Assembly (NCBI GenBank): GCA_031289285.1 | Contig: JAITPT010000143.1 | Span: 1 to 38,705, forward strand | Reading direction: 5' to 3' | From: Puniceicoccales bacterium | GTDB lineage: Bacteria > Verrucomicrobiota > Verrucomicrobiia > Opitutales > UBA953 | Length of the DNA: 38,705 nt | Part shown: one piece after another, positions 31,944-38,705 of the stretch | Layout of the letters: each line of letters starts with the position of its first letter | How positions within the stretch are numbered: the stretch's first letter is position 1 | Made by a program: the position numbers and the translations under genes | Notes under the pieces: model-generated | Told to the model about the DNA's origin: nothing | The model's input: the letters and a program-made list of their open reading frames with translations, nothing else | Database searches by the model: none

Positions 31944-34643
31944 ATGGCAACTGGGGAGTTCGCCCAATTCGGGGAACCGCCAGTTTCTTCCGGCTTCGGT
32001 CACGGACAACAATGGCGAGCAGAAGCCGGACGCGAATGGCACAAAGTCCTTCGTTCTCTCGTAGAAAACGCAGCAGCCACCACCACCCCTCCGGCCACAT
32101 CCTCCGCCGTTTCCCACACCACCACCCCAAACTCCACTCCGCCCTCTTCCGACTCCCCCGTCCCCACATCCGCCGCCTGCATACCCTCCCCTTCCGCTAC
32201 GTCCGCCGCCATCTCCCTCGCAGCGTCCACCGATTCCGCCGCCCCCTCTTCTCTTTCCGCCACCGCCTCACCACACACACCCATTCCCGCCTCCTCCGCC
32301 ATTCCCTCCGCCTTCACCCCCATTCCCGCCTCCATTCCCTCCGCCACCACCGACGCACCACCACCCACTTCCGCCACCTCCGCCACCCCACCGCTCACCT
32401 CCGTCCTTGCCTCTGCTTCCTTCCCCTCTGGTGCGGCGGGGCAATGGCTGTTTGAACACTCCGTTCGCACTACACTTCTTTGCGAACGCTGGACAATCAC
32501 CGCCGAGGGGCGCGCCGACCAGCTGTTCATCCCCGCCGACCCAGATATGCCGCTCGTTGTGCGCGAAATCAAAACCGTCTCCGAATCGCTGCCCCGCCCC
32601 GCTGCGCATTGGCGCGAAAACCGCCCTGCCTTTTTCACCCAACTCGCCCTCTACTGCCACGGTCTCTCGCAAATACCCGCGCACACGAAGCGCGGCGTCA
32701 CCGGCGTTCTTGTGCTCGCGGAACCCGCCACGGGCATCATCCAAGAAGTTCCGTTAGACGGTGCGCCGTCCGCTTGGCTTGCTCCACGCGCCAGCCGGTT
32801 TGCGCGTTTCGCCGAGTCGCGCTGGAACAGCCGCCTGCGCCTTGAACACCTCCGCCTCCTCAACCCCTTTGCGGAAAGTCGCGCCGAGTGGGACGTCGCT
32901 GCTGGCCAACTCGCCGCCGAAAACGCGCCCGCCATACTCCTCGAAGCGCCCACCGGTTTCGGCAAAACCTCCCTCGCTCTCGTTGACGCGCTGCACCACC
33001 TGCGCGACGGCGAAGTCTCGCGCATCGTCTATGTCACAGGGAAAAACTCTGGTCGCCTCCAAGTCCTCCGCGAGCTGTCGCGCCTCACTGAGCCGGGCGC
33101 GTTGCGTGCGCTCACGCTCCACTCGCGAGCGGAGCACGAAGTCGCTGGCGTCCCCCGCGAACCGGAGGTCTGGGTGCAGAACTGGCGTCGCGCCGCGATT
33201 GACCCCGGCGCGTTGTTCGACTCCGGCGAGACCGAGCTTGCTGCCGTCCGTGCCCTCGGCGAGCGCGTCGGCGTTCCTCCTTGGGAAATCACCAAGACAC
33301 TTCTCCCGCTCGCCGAGTTAATTCTCTGCGATTACAACTATGTTTTTTCGCCGTGGCAGGCGGGGGTTCTCGGCGGCATGGACGGCTGGGATCCCGCCGC
33401 GACGCTGCTCATCGCCGACGAGGCGCACAACCTCCCCGAGCGTGCCGCCGAAGCTCGCTCTATTGTTTGCGACGCTGCCCGCGCTGCCGACGCCCTCGAC
33501 GCCCTCCGCTACGCCGGAGTCCGTGGCGGCTGGCTGCGCGAATGGGAGGCGTGGGCGGAGTTCCTCGCTGCGCTTCCGCAGGCAAACGCGCTGGAGCCGC
33601 TTGCGCTCTACCTCGCCCGCGACCACTGCGCGGAAATCACCCGCCTCTGGGAGGAGCAAAACCCGCTTCACTACGAGCTTCCCCAAGACACCATTGACGC
33701 GCTTGAACGCCCCGCGCAGCTCCTTCCCATTTTGGAGGCGTCGCCGGAAAACTATTTTTTCTGGTCGCCGCGTCCGCGTTGTTTCCGCGCCGCCTGCCTC
33801 GACGCCGCCGTCGAGACCGGCGAAACCCTCCGCGCCTTTCACCGCGCCGTGCTCATGTCGGCGACCCTCTCGCCGCCCAATGATTTTGCCGAAGCCGTGG
33901 GCCTCTCCCTCGCCGCGTCGGCAAACACCCCGCCCACCGCGCCGCCCTCCCGTCCGCCAACCGCGCTCGCGCCGCCCGACTCCGTCTTCCTCTCGGTCGC
34001 CGCCCCTTGGCGTTTCGACGCCTACGAGGTCGCCGCAGACGTCCGTGTTGACACGCGCCTCAAAAGCCGCGAGCGCCATTTTCGCGCCACGGCGGAAAGC
34101 GTCCTCTCCCTCGCCGCCGCTGAGCCAGCCGCCGTCTTCTTCCCCTCCTTCGCCTACGCGGAAACCATCAAGACCTACATCGCCGCCCTCGACTCCGGCT
34201 TCCAAGTATTCGTCCAGCCGCGTGGTGCCACGCCCGACGAGAACGCCGCCTTCCTCACCGAGGCGTTGCTGCTTGCCCACGCCATCTTCCTCGTCGCTGG
34301 CGGTGGGCTGGCAGAGAGCGTTGACATGCTCGGCGGGCGCATCACGCGGGCGATGGTTGTCAGCCCCTGCCTGCCGGAAGTCTCTGCCGAGCGCGCCGCA
34401 AAAATGGCGTTGCGCGAACGGGCGGGCGACGGCGACCCGTTTCGCAGCGCGTATCTACTCCCCGCGTTGCGCAAAGTGAACCAAGCGCTCGGGCGGCTTG
34501 TCCGCGCCCCCGACCAACGCGCAAAGGTGGTGCTGCATTGCCGCCGCTTCGCCGACCCAAACCTCGCCGCCCTGCTTGCGCCGGAGTATCGCGGCGGACG
34601 TCTCATCCGCAACGCGCACGAGTGGGCGGAGTTCACCGCTTAA
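31944..34643 (+). CDS. PD-(D/E)xK nuclease domain fused to a DinG/XPD (Rad3)-like SF2 helicase lacking the Fe-S cysteine cluster
   Basis: Nuclease motifs: GREWHKVL, GRADQLF, VVREIKT (ExK), FFTQLALY (QxxxY). Helicase motifs: EAPTGFGKTS, ILCDYNYVF, ADEAHNL, LMSATLSP, GGGLAESVDM, QALGRLVRAPDQRAKVVL. The start is uncertain (ATG 31944, 31911 or 31773). A ~120-aa T/S/P/A-rich insert splits the nuclease domain. Confidence 0.8.
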   Translation: MATGEFAQFGEPPVSSGFGHGQQWRAEAGREWHKVLRSLVENAAATTTPPATSSAVSHTTTPNSTPPSSDSPVPTSAACIPSPSATSAAISLAASTDSAAPSSLSATASPHTPIPASSAIPSAFTPIPASIPSATTDAPPPTSATSATPPLTSVLASASFPSGAAGQWLFEHSVRTTLLCERWTITAEGRADQLFIPADPDMPLVVREIKTVSESLPRPAAHWRENRPAFFTQLALYCHGLSQIPAHTKRGVTGVLVLAEPATGIIQEVPLDGAPSAWLAPRASRFARFAESRWNSRLRLEHLRLLNPFAESRAEWDVAAGQLAAENAPAILLEAPTGFGKTSLALVDALHHLRDGEVSRIVYVTGKNSGRLQVLRELSRLTEPGALRALTLHSRAEHEVAGVPREPEVWVQNWRRAAIDPGALFDSGETELAAVRALGERVGVPPWEITKTLLPLAELILCDYNYVFSPWQAGVLGGMDGWDPAATLLIADEAHNLPERAAEARSIVCDAARAADALDALRYAGVRGGWLREWEAWAEFLAALPQANALEPLALYLARDHCAEITRLWEEQNPLHYELPQDTIDALERPAQLLPILEASPENYFFWSPRPRCFRAACLDAAVETGETLRAFHRAVLMSATLSPPNDFAEAVGLSLAASANTPPTAPPSRPPTALAPPDSVFLSVAAPWRFDAYEVAADVRVDTRLKSRERHFRATAESVLSLAAAEPAAVFFPSFAYAETIKTYIAALDSGFQVFVQPRGATPDENAAFLTEALLLAHAIFLVAGGGLAESVDMLGGRITRAMVVSPCLPEVSAERAAKMALRERAGDGDPFRSAYLLPALRKVNQALGRLVRAPDQRAKVVLHCRRFADPNLAALLAPEYRGGRLIRNAHEWAEFTA

Positions 34644-34713
34644 CTTTTTCCGCGCCGTCGCCGCCATCGCCGCCGACGCTGTCGTCGGCCACGGTCGCCG
34701 CCGACGTCGCGCC

Positions 34714-35919
34714 TCACCGCGCCAAGAAGTAATCTGCGTCGGAACAGTTGGCCATCTGTGCGCCGCTGAGGACGGTTTCCTTCACCTGCTTTTGACGCGG
34801 GTCGGCGTCAATCAACACCAACCTCGACGTCACGCCCGACACACGCGTCGCGAGAATATGCCGCCCGTCCGCGCACCAAACCGGATTGGAGTAGCGGTGA
34901 TTTCCGGCGGTGGCGAGCGGCTCCACTTGCCCCGAGGCGATGTCAACCACCCCGATTTTGAACACGCCGCTCTTGTTGTAAGTGAACGCGATTTTGTTTT
35001 TGAAAACGGGGTTCCACGACGGCTCCGTCGAATACCCGAAGCCCGTGGAAACACGCCGCGCCGCGCCGCCGCTTTTGTTGACGATGTGAATGCCCGGGCG
35101 TCCCGTCGCGCCGCTCGTCACCGCCAGCCGCTCGCCATCGGGCGACCACGCGGGGTCGGTCTCCACCTCGCCTTTGGTGCCGAAGAGGACGCGGATGCCC
35201 TTGCCGTCGGCGTTGGCGAGAAAAATATCCATGTCACCCAAGCCCGAAGACGCGAAGGCCACCTGGCCAGTTTTCGGATTGGAGACCGCGCCCGTGGCCG
35301 TGCCGCGTTTGCCGACGATGACGCCGCGCCGTGCGCCCGATACGGCATTGACGGCATAGATGTCGGTGAAGTTCCGGTTAGCGTAAGTCGTGTGAAGCAC
35401 CTCTGAGCCGTCAAACGTCCAGCGCGGCGTGACGGAGATAGAGCGGTAGTTGGTGAGCTGGCGCACGGTGTCGAAAAAAAGATCGCCCGCGTAGATTTCC
35501 TTCTTGCCCGTGCGGTCACTCACGAAGGCGATTTTTGCGGCGAAGAGCGGACGCTGCTTGTCAATGACGAGCGCGGCGTCGCAGGCGCGCAGCACGGCGT
35601 CGGCGAGAGTCGCGCCGGAGACAGAGTTTCCCCGCGTCCCCTTACTATCGCGGAAAACGAAACTGACGGCGTTCGCGCCGGCCTTCGTCAAGCGCAACGA
35701 ACGCGTCGCGCTGGCCCCGCCGAGCTTGTATCCGCCGTGGGCAGCGAACGCCCGCCGCGCAAGCGAGGCGATTTCTGGCGTGCCAGACTCCACCGCGATT
35801 TCGTTGGGCGTGACGTATGCCACGATGACGTTGTCCTCGCGGGCGGCAGCGCGGGGCGCGACGGCGGCAAAGGCAGTGGCGGCGAGAATTGCAAAAATGG
35901 AAAGTGTTTGGAGACGCAT
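34714..35919 (-). CDS. TolB-like periplasmic beta-propeller protein
   Basis: From ATG 35919: MRLQTLSIFAILAATAFAAVA (signal peptide), then repeated propeller blades DPAWSPDGERLAVTS, EPSWNPVFKNKIAFTY and SNPVWCADGRHILATR. No tol or pal neighbours are present. Confidence 0.8.
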   Translation of the reverse strand: MRLQTLSIFAILAATAFAAVAPRAAAREDNVIVAYVTPNEIAVESGTPEIASLARRAFAAHGGYKLGGASATRSLRLTKAGANAVSFVFRDSKGTRGNSVSGATLADAVLRACDAALVIDKQRPLFAAKIAFVSDRTGKKEIYAGDLFFDTVRQLTNYRSISVTPRWTFDGSEVLHTTYANRNFTDIYAVNAVSGARRGVIVGKRGTATGAVSNPKTGQVAFASSGLGDMDIFLANADGKGIRVLFGTKGEVETDPAWSPDGERLAVTSGATGRPGIHIVNKSGGAARRVSTGFGYSTEPSWNPVFKNKIAFTYNKSGVFKIGVVDIASGQVEPLATAGNHRYSNPVWCADGRHILATRVSGVTSRLVLIDADPRQKQVKETVLSGAQMANCSDADYFLAR

Positions 35920-36108
35920 ATTCGTTCGGTGGTGTTTGCTGGTATTTCCCCTTGTGGCGGGAAGCACGGGAAAGTGACATATCGCACGAGGGCGGAAAAG
36001 CCGGAAAGCAAAGACAACGTAAAAATATCTTGCACCACGCGACGTTCCTCGCAGCGTCGTCCCCCTCTCATTCACATTCCTCAAAAAAATCCAACCCACT
36101 AACAAAAA

Positions 36109-36546
36109 ATGGAACAGGAAACACAAACACCCAAAGTTGAGCAGGAAGTAGGCAAACCGCCTTTCCAGCCAACACCACTGCAAGACCTCTGTTATAAGGT
36201 GACTGGCTGCGCCATCACCGCGCTTAACACCGTCGGGCCGGGTCTCGATGCCAAAATCTACGAGAACTGCCTGATGATCGAACTCGCAAAACAAGGTTTG
36301 CAATTTGATTATCAACGAAAAGTGGACGTCCTCTACAGCGGACAAAAGGTCGGCGTCGTCACGCTGGGCTTAGTCGTCAACGAGCTGCTCCTCGTGGACA
36401 CCCGCTCTGTGGCGTTCTTCAACGAGACTGATTTCTCTGAGAACATCAGTTACCTCAAACTCACGCAGCTTCCTATGGTGCTCATGCTGAACTTCAAGTT
36501 CGGCAAACTCCAATGGAAAAAGATCGCCTACGACCCAAATCGCTGA
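36109..36546 (+). CDS. GxxExxY-family (PD-(D/E)xK-like) protein with substituted signature residues
   Basis: ITALNTVGPGLDAKIYENCLMIELAKQGL...VDVLYSGQKVG...LVVNELLLVDTRSV...YLKLTQLPMVLMLNF. This follows the family layout as I recall it, but reads GLDAKIY where GxxExxY is expected. Confidence 0.7.
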   Translation: MEQETQTPKVEQEVGKPPFQPTPLQDLCYKVTGCAITALNTVGPGLDAKIYENCLMIELAKQGLQFDYQRKVDVLYSGQKVGVVTLGLVVNELLLVDTRSVAFFNETDFSENISYLKLTQLPMVLMLNFKFGKLQWKKIAYDPNR

Positions 36547-36901
36547 ACGAGTGTTCTGCAATTCGACGGGGTCGCGACGGCGGCGGCGGCGCAGATATTT
36601 GCGTCGGCGTCGCCGTTGGTGTTTTTTTTGCGGGGCACATCGCACGGCACCTCGCGTGGCACCTCTCGTCCGCGCTTGAACGAGCGTTCCACATTTGTCA
36701 AGCCCGCTATGGACGCGCCGCAACAAATGCGCCACAACGACCACACCAAGCGGTGATGCCGAGTGCGCCAAGTAGTGGTGCCGAGTTACGCCAAATGGAG
36801 GCACTGAGTGCAAGAACAGTCACAGCCCCGAAGGCAGAGCGCCGAATGTGAAGGCGAATGTGGAGGCGGGAGAGGGGGAGCCAAGGCGTATCGCAGACTG
36901 C

Positions 36902-37326
36902 CAAGTCTGCTTCGGAGGAATAGCCACAGAGAGGCGGCAGCGGTGTGGATGTGTGCAGGCGGGAGTAGTGGGTATGGTGAGTAGTGGGTATGGTGTGTGG
37001 GTGTGCTTAGCGGCAGACGAATGGCCTGATGCGTGGTGCCACTGCCCTGCAATTGATGTCACTGGCTTTTTGTAGTCAAGCAGCTTTTTTAGCCTGGTTA
37101 ATTATTCGGGAGGGGGGGGGGTGGGGGAAGTCTGCTTCGGAGGAATAGCCACAGAGATGCGGCAGCGGGGTGGGTGGGTGCAGGCGGGAGTAGTGGGTAT
37201 GGTGTGTGGGTGTGCTGAGCGGCAAACAAATGGCCTGATGCGTGGTGTCACTGCCCTGCAATTGATGTCACCGGCTTTTTGTAGTCAAGCAGCTTTTTTA
37301 GCCTGGTTAATTATTCGGGGGGGGGC
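36902..37326. repeat. Two tandem direct repeats (226 and 198 bp), each ending in the conserved box
   Basis: Both copies read aagtctgcttcggaggaatagccacagag...ggtatggtgtgtgggtgtgct...cctgcaattgatgtcac...gtagtcaagcagcttttttagcctggttaattattcggg. A third unit starts at 37327 but diverges. Confidence 0.88.
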
Positions 37327-37424
37327 AAGTCTGCTTCGGAACGGGACGCCCCTTCGGAAGTGCGCTTCGCGCACACGGAGCAGACTTGGCAGTCTGGGAT
37401 ACGGCGTCTTCCGTGCCATTTTGA

Positions 37425-37589
37425 ACCTAAAAACGGCAGTTGAATCGGGGAGTCTTGCGGAACCTGTTACGTCATCTGCACGTAGTGCTTTTGCTCGACG
37501 CACCAACAGGTGCGCCTTCACAAAAGCCCTAAGCGCATCTGCCGCAACATCTTCTCGCAATATTTCCCCTCCAACTGCCGTTTTTAGGT
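37425..37589 (+). mobile_element. 165-bp MITE, copy C, inserted at the edge of a C-arm repeat
   Basis: acctaaaaacggcagttgaatcgggg...ccaactgccgtttttaggt, flanked by direct TGA/TGA. The rejoined flank tttTGAaagcggtgtcgg matches the uninterrupted copy at 866-885. Confidence 0.92.
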
Positions 37590-37590
37590 T

Positions 37591-37653
37591 GAAAGCGGTG
37601 TCGGCGGACGCGGAGAAGCACTCCGCGCCCTCGCCACCGCACTCCAAAAAAAA
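37591..37653. repeat. C-arm family repeat, third copy
   Basis: gaaagcggtgtcggcggacgcggagaagcactccgcgccctcgccaccgcactccaaaaaaaa. Confidence 0.75.
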
Positions 37654-37917
37654 GACAGCGACCCACAGAAATGCGGGTGACAGACGTGTGCGATGTGTGG
37701 CACGAGCGAGACGCCCGTGCCACAGCACACATGCCGCTCCCTGTCGGCGACTGGAAACACTGGCGTCTCGCCCGTGGTGCGTGAGTAGGACACAGGACAG
37801 GGGACACAAGACGCCGCTGGGAGGATGCGGGACACAGGGGAGCGTGGCACGGGCGCCTCGCCCGTTCGAAGCGGCGCCGGAGGCGACGGCAACACAGACA
37901 GGATTGTCTGTGCTACA

Positions 37918-38705
37918 CTACTGCACCAAGACGGTGGCAGTCGCGACGGCGGCATGGGCGACGCCAGCAGCATTGGTGACGAGGACACGATACTGGCCAG
38001 TGGCGGCAGTAGTCGTGAGTTTTATCGAGAGAGCAGCTTTTGCCGCGCCAGTGATGGCGTTTGCAGTGGTGCCCTTGGGACTGTCAGTGAGCGTCACCCA
38101 TTCAGCGGTGATAGTGCCATCGGCAGGGATGGGACGGTATTGCCATTGGTAGGTGAACTTCGCAGTGCCTGTGACTTTGGTTTTTAACGAGAGGACCTTT
38201 CCGGCGGCGATTTGCACGGCGGCGACGCCGTTGGCGTCGGGGACAGTCTTGGTGGTGATTGTCACGGCGGGCGGAAGTATCGCTTTTATCGCTAAGACTT
38301 TGCCCTTCACGGTCGAGAGCGGTTTGCCTTTGGCGTCGGTGGCAGCAGTGCGCACCGTTACCGAGATTTTCGACTTCGCGTTGACTCCGGCGTAGAGGAA
38401 GTAATCCGTTTGCGCAAAGGTCGCGCCGCTTTCGCGGATAACTACTTTGCCGTCGAGCCATGTGTAGATCACAGGCACTTCGGGGGCACTTTCGAGTTTG
38501 GCGGTTAGGCCGATAAACTCGCCAGCGGCGATGACTACGCCGTTCTTTACGGCGGGCACAGGCGTCGTCACTTGGTCGGTGATTAACAGGGCTGCGGTTT
38601 TGTCGAACTTCAACACAGGGATTATTTGCACCCAGCCAAAGTCCGCCGCTAAGACACTCACCGCTTCCGTGGCGTCGGCGGGCGTGTAGTTGTAATAAAC
38701 AACAT
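37918..38705 (-). CDS. Ig-like repeat-containing surface/secreted protein (5' end outside window)
   Basis: The frame stays open to the window edge. The C-terminal repeats have a beta-sandwich-like pattern (FTYQWQYRP...TGQYRVLVTNAAGVAHAAVATATVLVQ). Confidence 0.6.
   Translation of the reverse strand, partial: VVYYNYTPADATEAVSVLAADFGWVQIIPVLKFDKTAALLITDQVTTPVPAVKNGVVIAAGEFIGLTAKLESAPEVPVIYTWLDGKVVIRESGATFAQTDYFLYAGVNAKSKISVTVRTAATDAKGKPLSTVKGKVLAIKAILPPAVTITTKTVPDANGVAAVQIAAGKVLSLKTKVTGTAKFTYQWQYRPIPADGTITAEWVTLTDSPKGTTANAITGAAKAALSIKLTTTAATGQYRVLVTNAAGVAHAAVATATVLVQ

Noticed and set aside
37846-37912. Two short hairpins (ACGGGCG-cct-CGCCCGT and CACAGAC-n6-GTCTGTG) just downstream of the Ig-like gene as intrinsic terminators
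   Set aside because: Neither is followed by a U-run on the minus-strand transcript. They may still be functional, but I cannot support the call.

Overview
High-GC (roughly 60-70% by eye) bacterial chromosomal segment. The gene content (several xylose-isomerase-like TIM-barrel genes, a TAT-signal Gfo/Idh/MocA oxidoreductase, P/A/T-rich low-complexity tails, leaders without a Shine-Dalgarno) suggests a PVC-group/Verrucomicrobia-like diazotroph, but that is inference only. The core is a compact minus-strand Mo-nitrogenase operon (13380-22684): sigma54 promoter, nifH, nifD, nifK, an embedded GNAT acetyltransferase, a fused nifEN, and nifB with a NifX-like C-terminus. glgP lies directly upstream of it. 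Other genes: three sugar-phosphate isomerase/epimerase-like genes, 5-formyl-THF cyclo-ligase, purU, an orphan aryl-polyene-like module (DUF3261-like lipoprotein, ketosynthase, hot-dog dehydratase, FabG-type reductase) followed by a CrtI-like flavoprotein and thiG, a NitT/TauT-type binding lipoprotein, a REP-associated-type Y1 (HUH) transposase, a PD-(D/E)xK nuclease fused to a cysteine-poor DinG/XPD-like helicase, a TolB-like propeller, a GxxExxY-family protein, and a partial Ig-like repeat protein. Between the gene blocks lie mosaic repeat islands (about 600-960, 2160-2850, 6337-7266, 26264-27990, 36900-37655). They are built from at least five short-repeat families: a 165-bp TIR MITE with TNA target duplications, nested-palindrome REP/BIME-like composites, a 140-bp unit with a hairpin head, a triplicated ~150-bp module, and a 17-bp x 17 minisatellite. 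There are also two mirror-image 9-bp arrays and a 505-bp AT-rich island bounded by inverted repeats. Most notable observations: the GNAT gene translationally coupled inside the nif operon, an abrupt GC break isolating nifHDK, candidate non-NifA-type upstream activator sites, C/A-rich G-poor leaders, and the nuclease-helicase fusion. No rRNA, tRNA or CRISPR array was recognised. All coordinates and motifs were read by eye, and no database search was possible.
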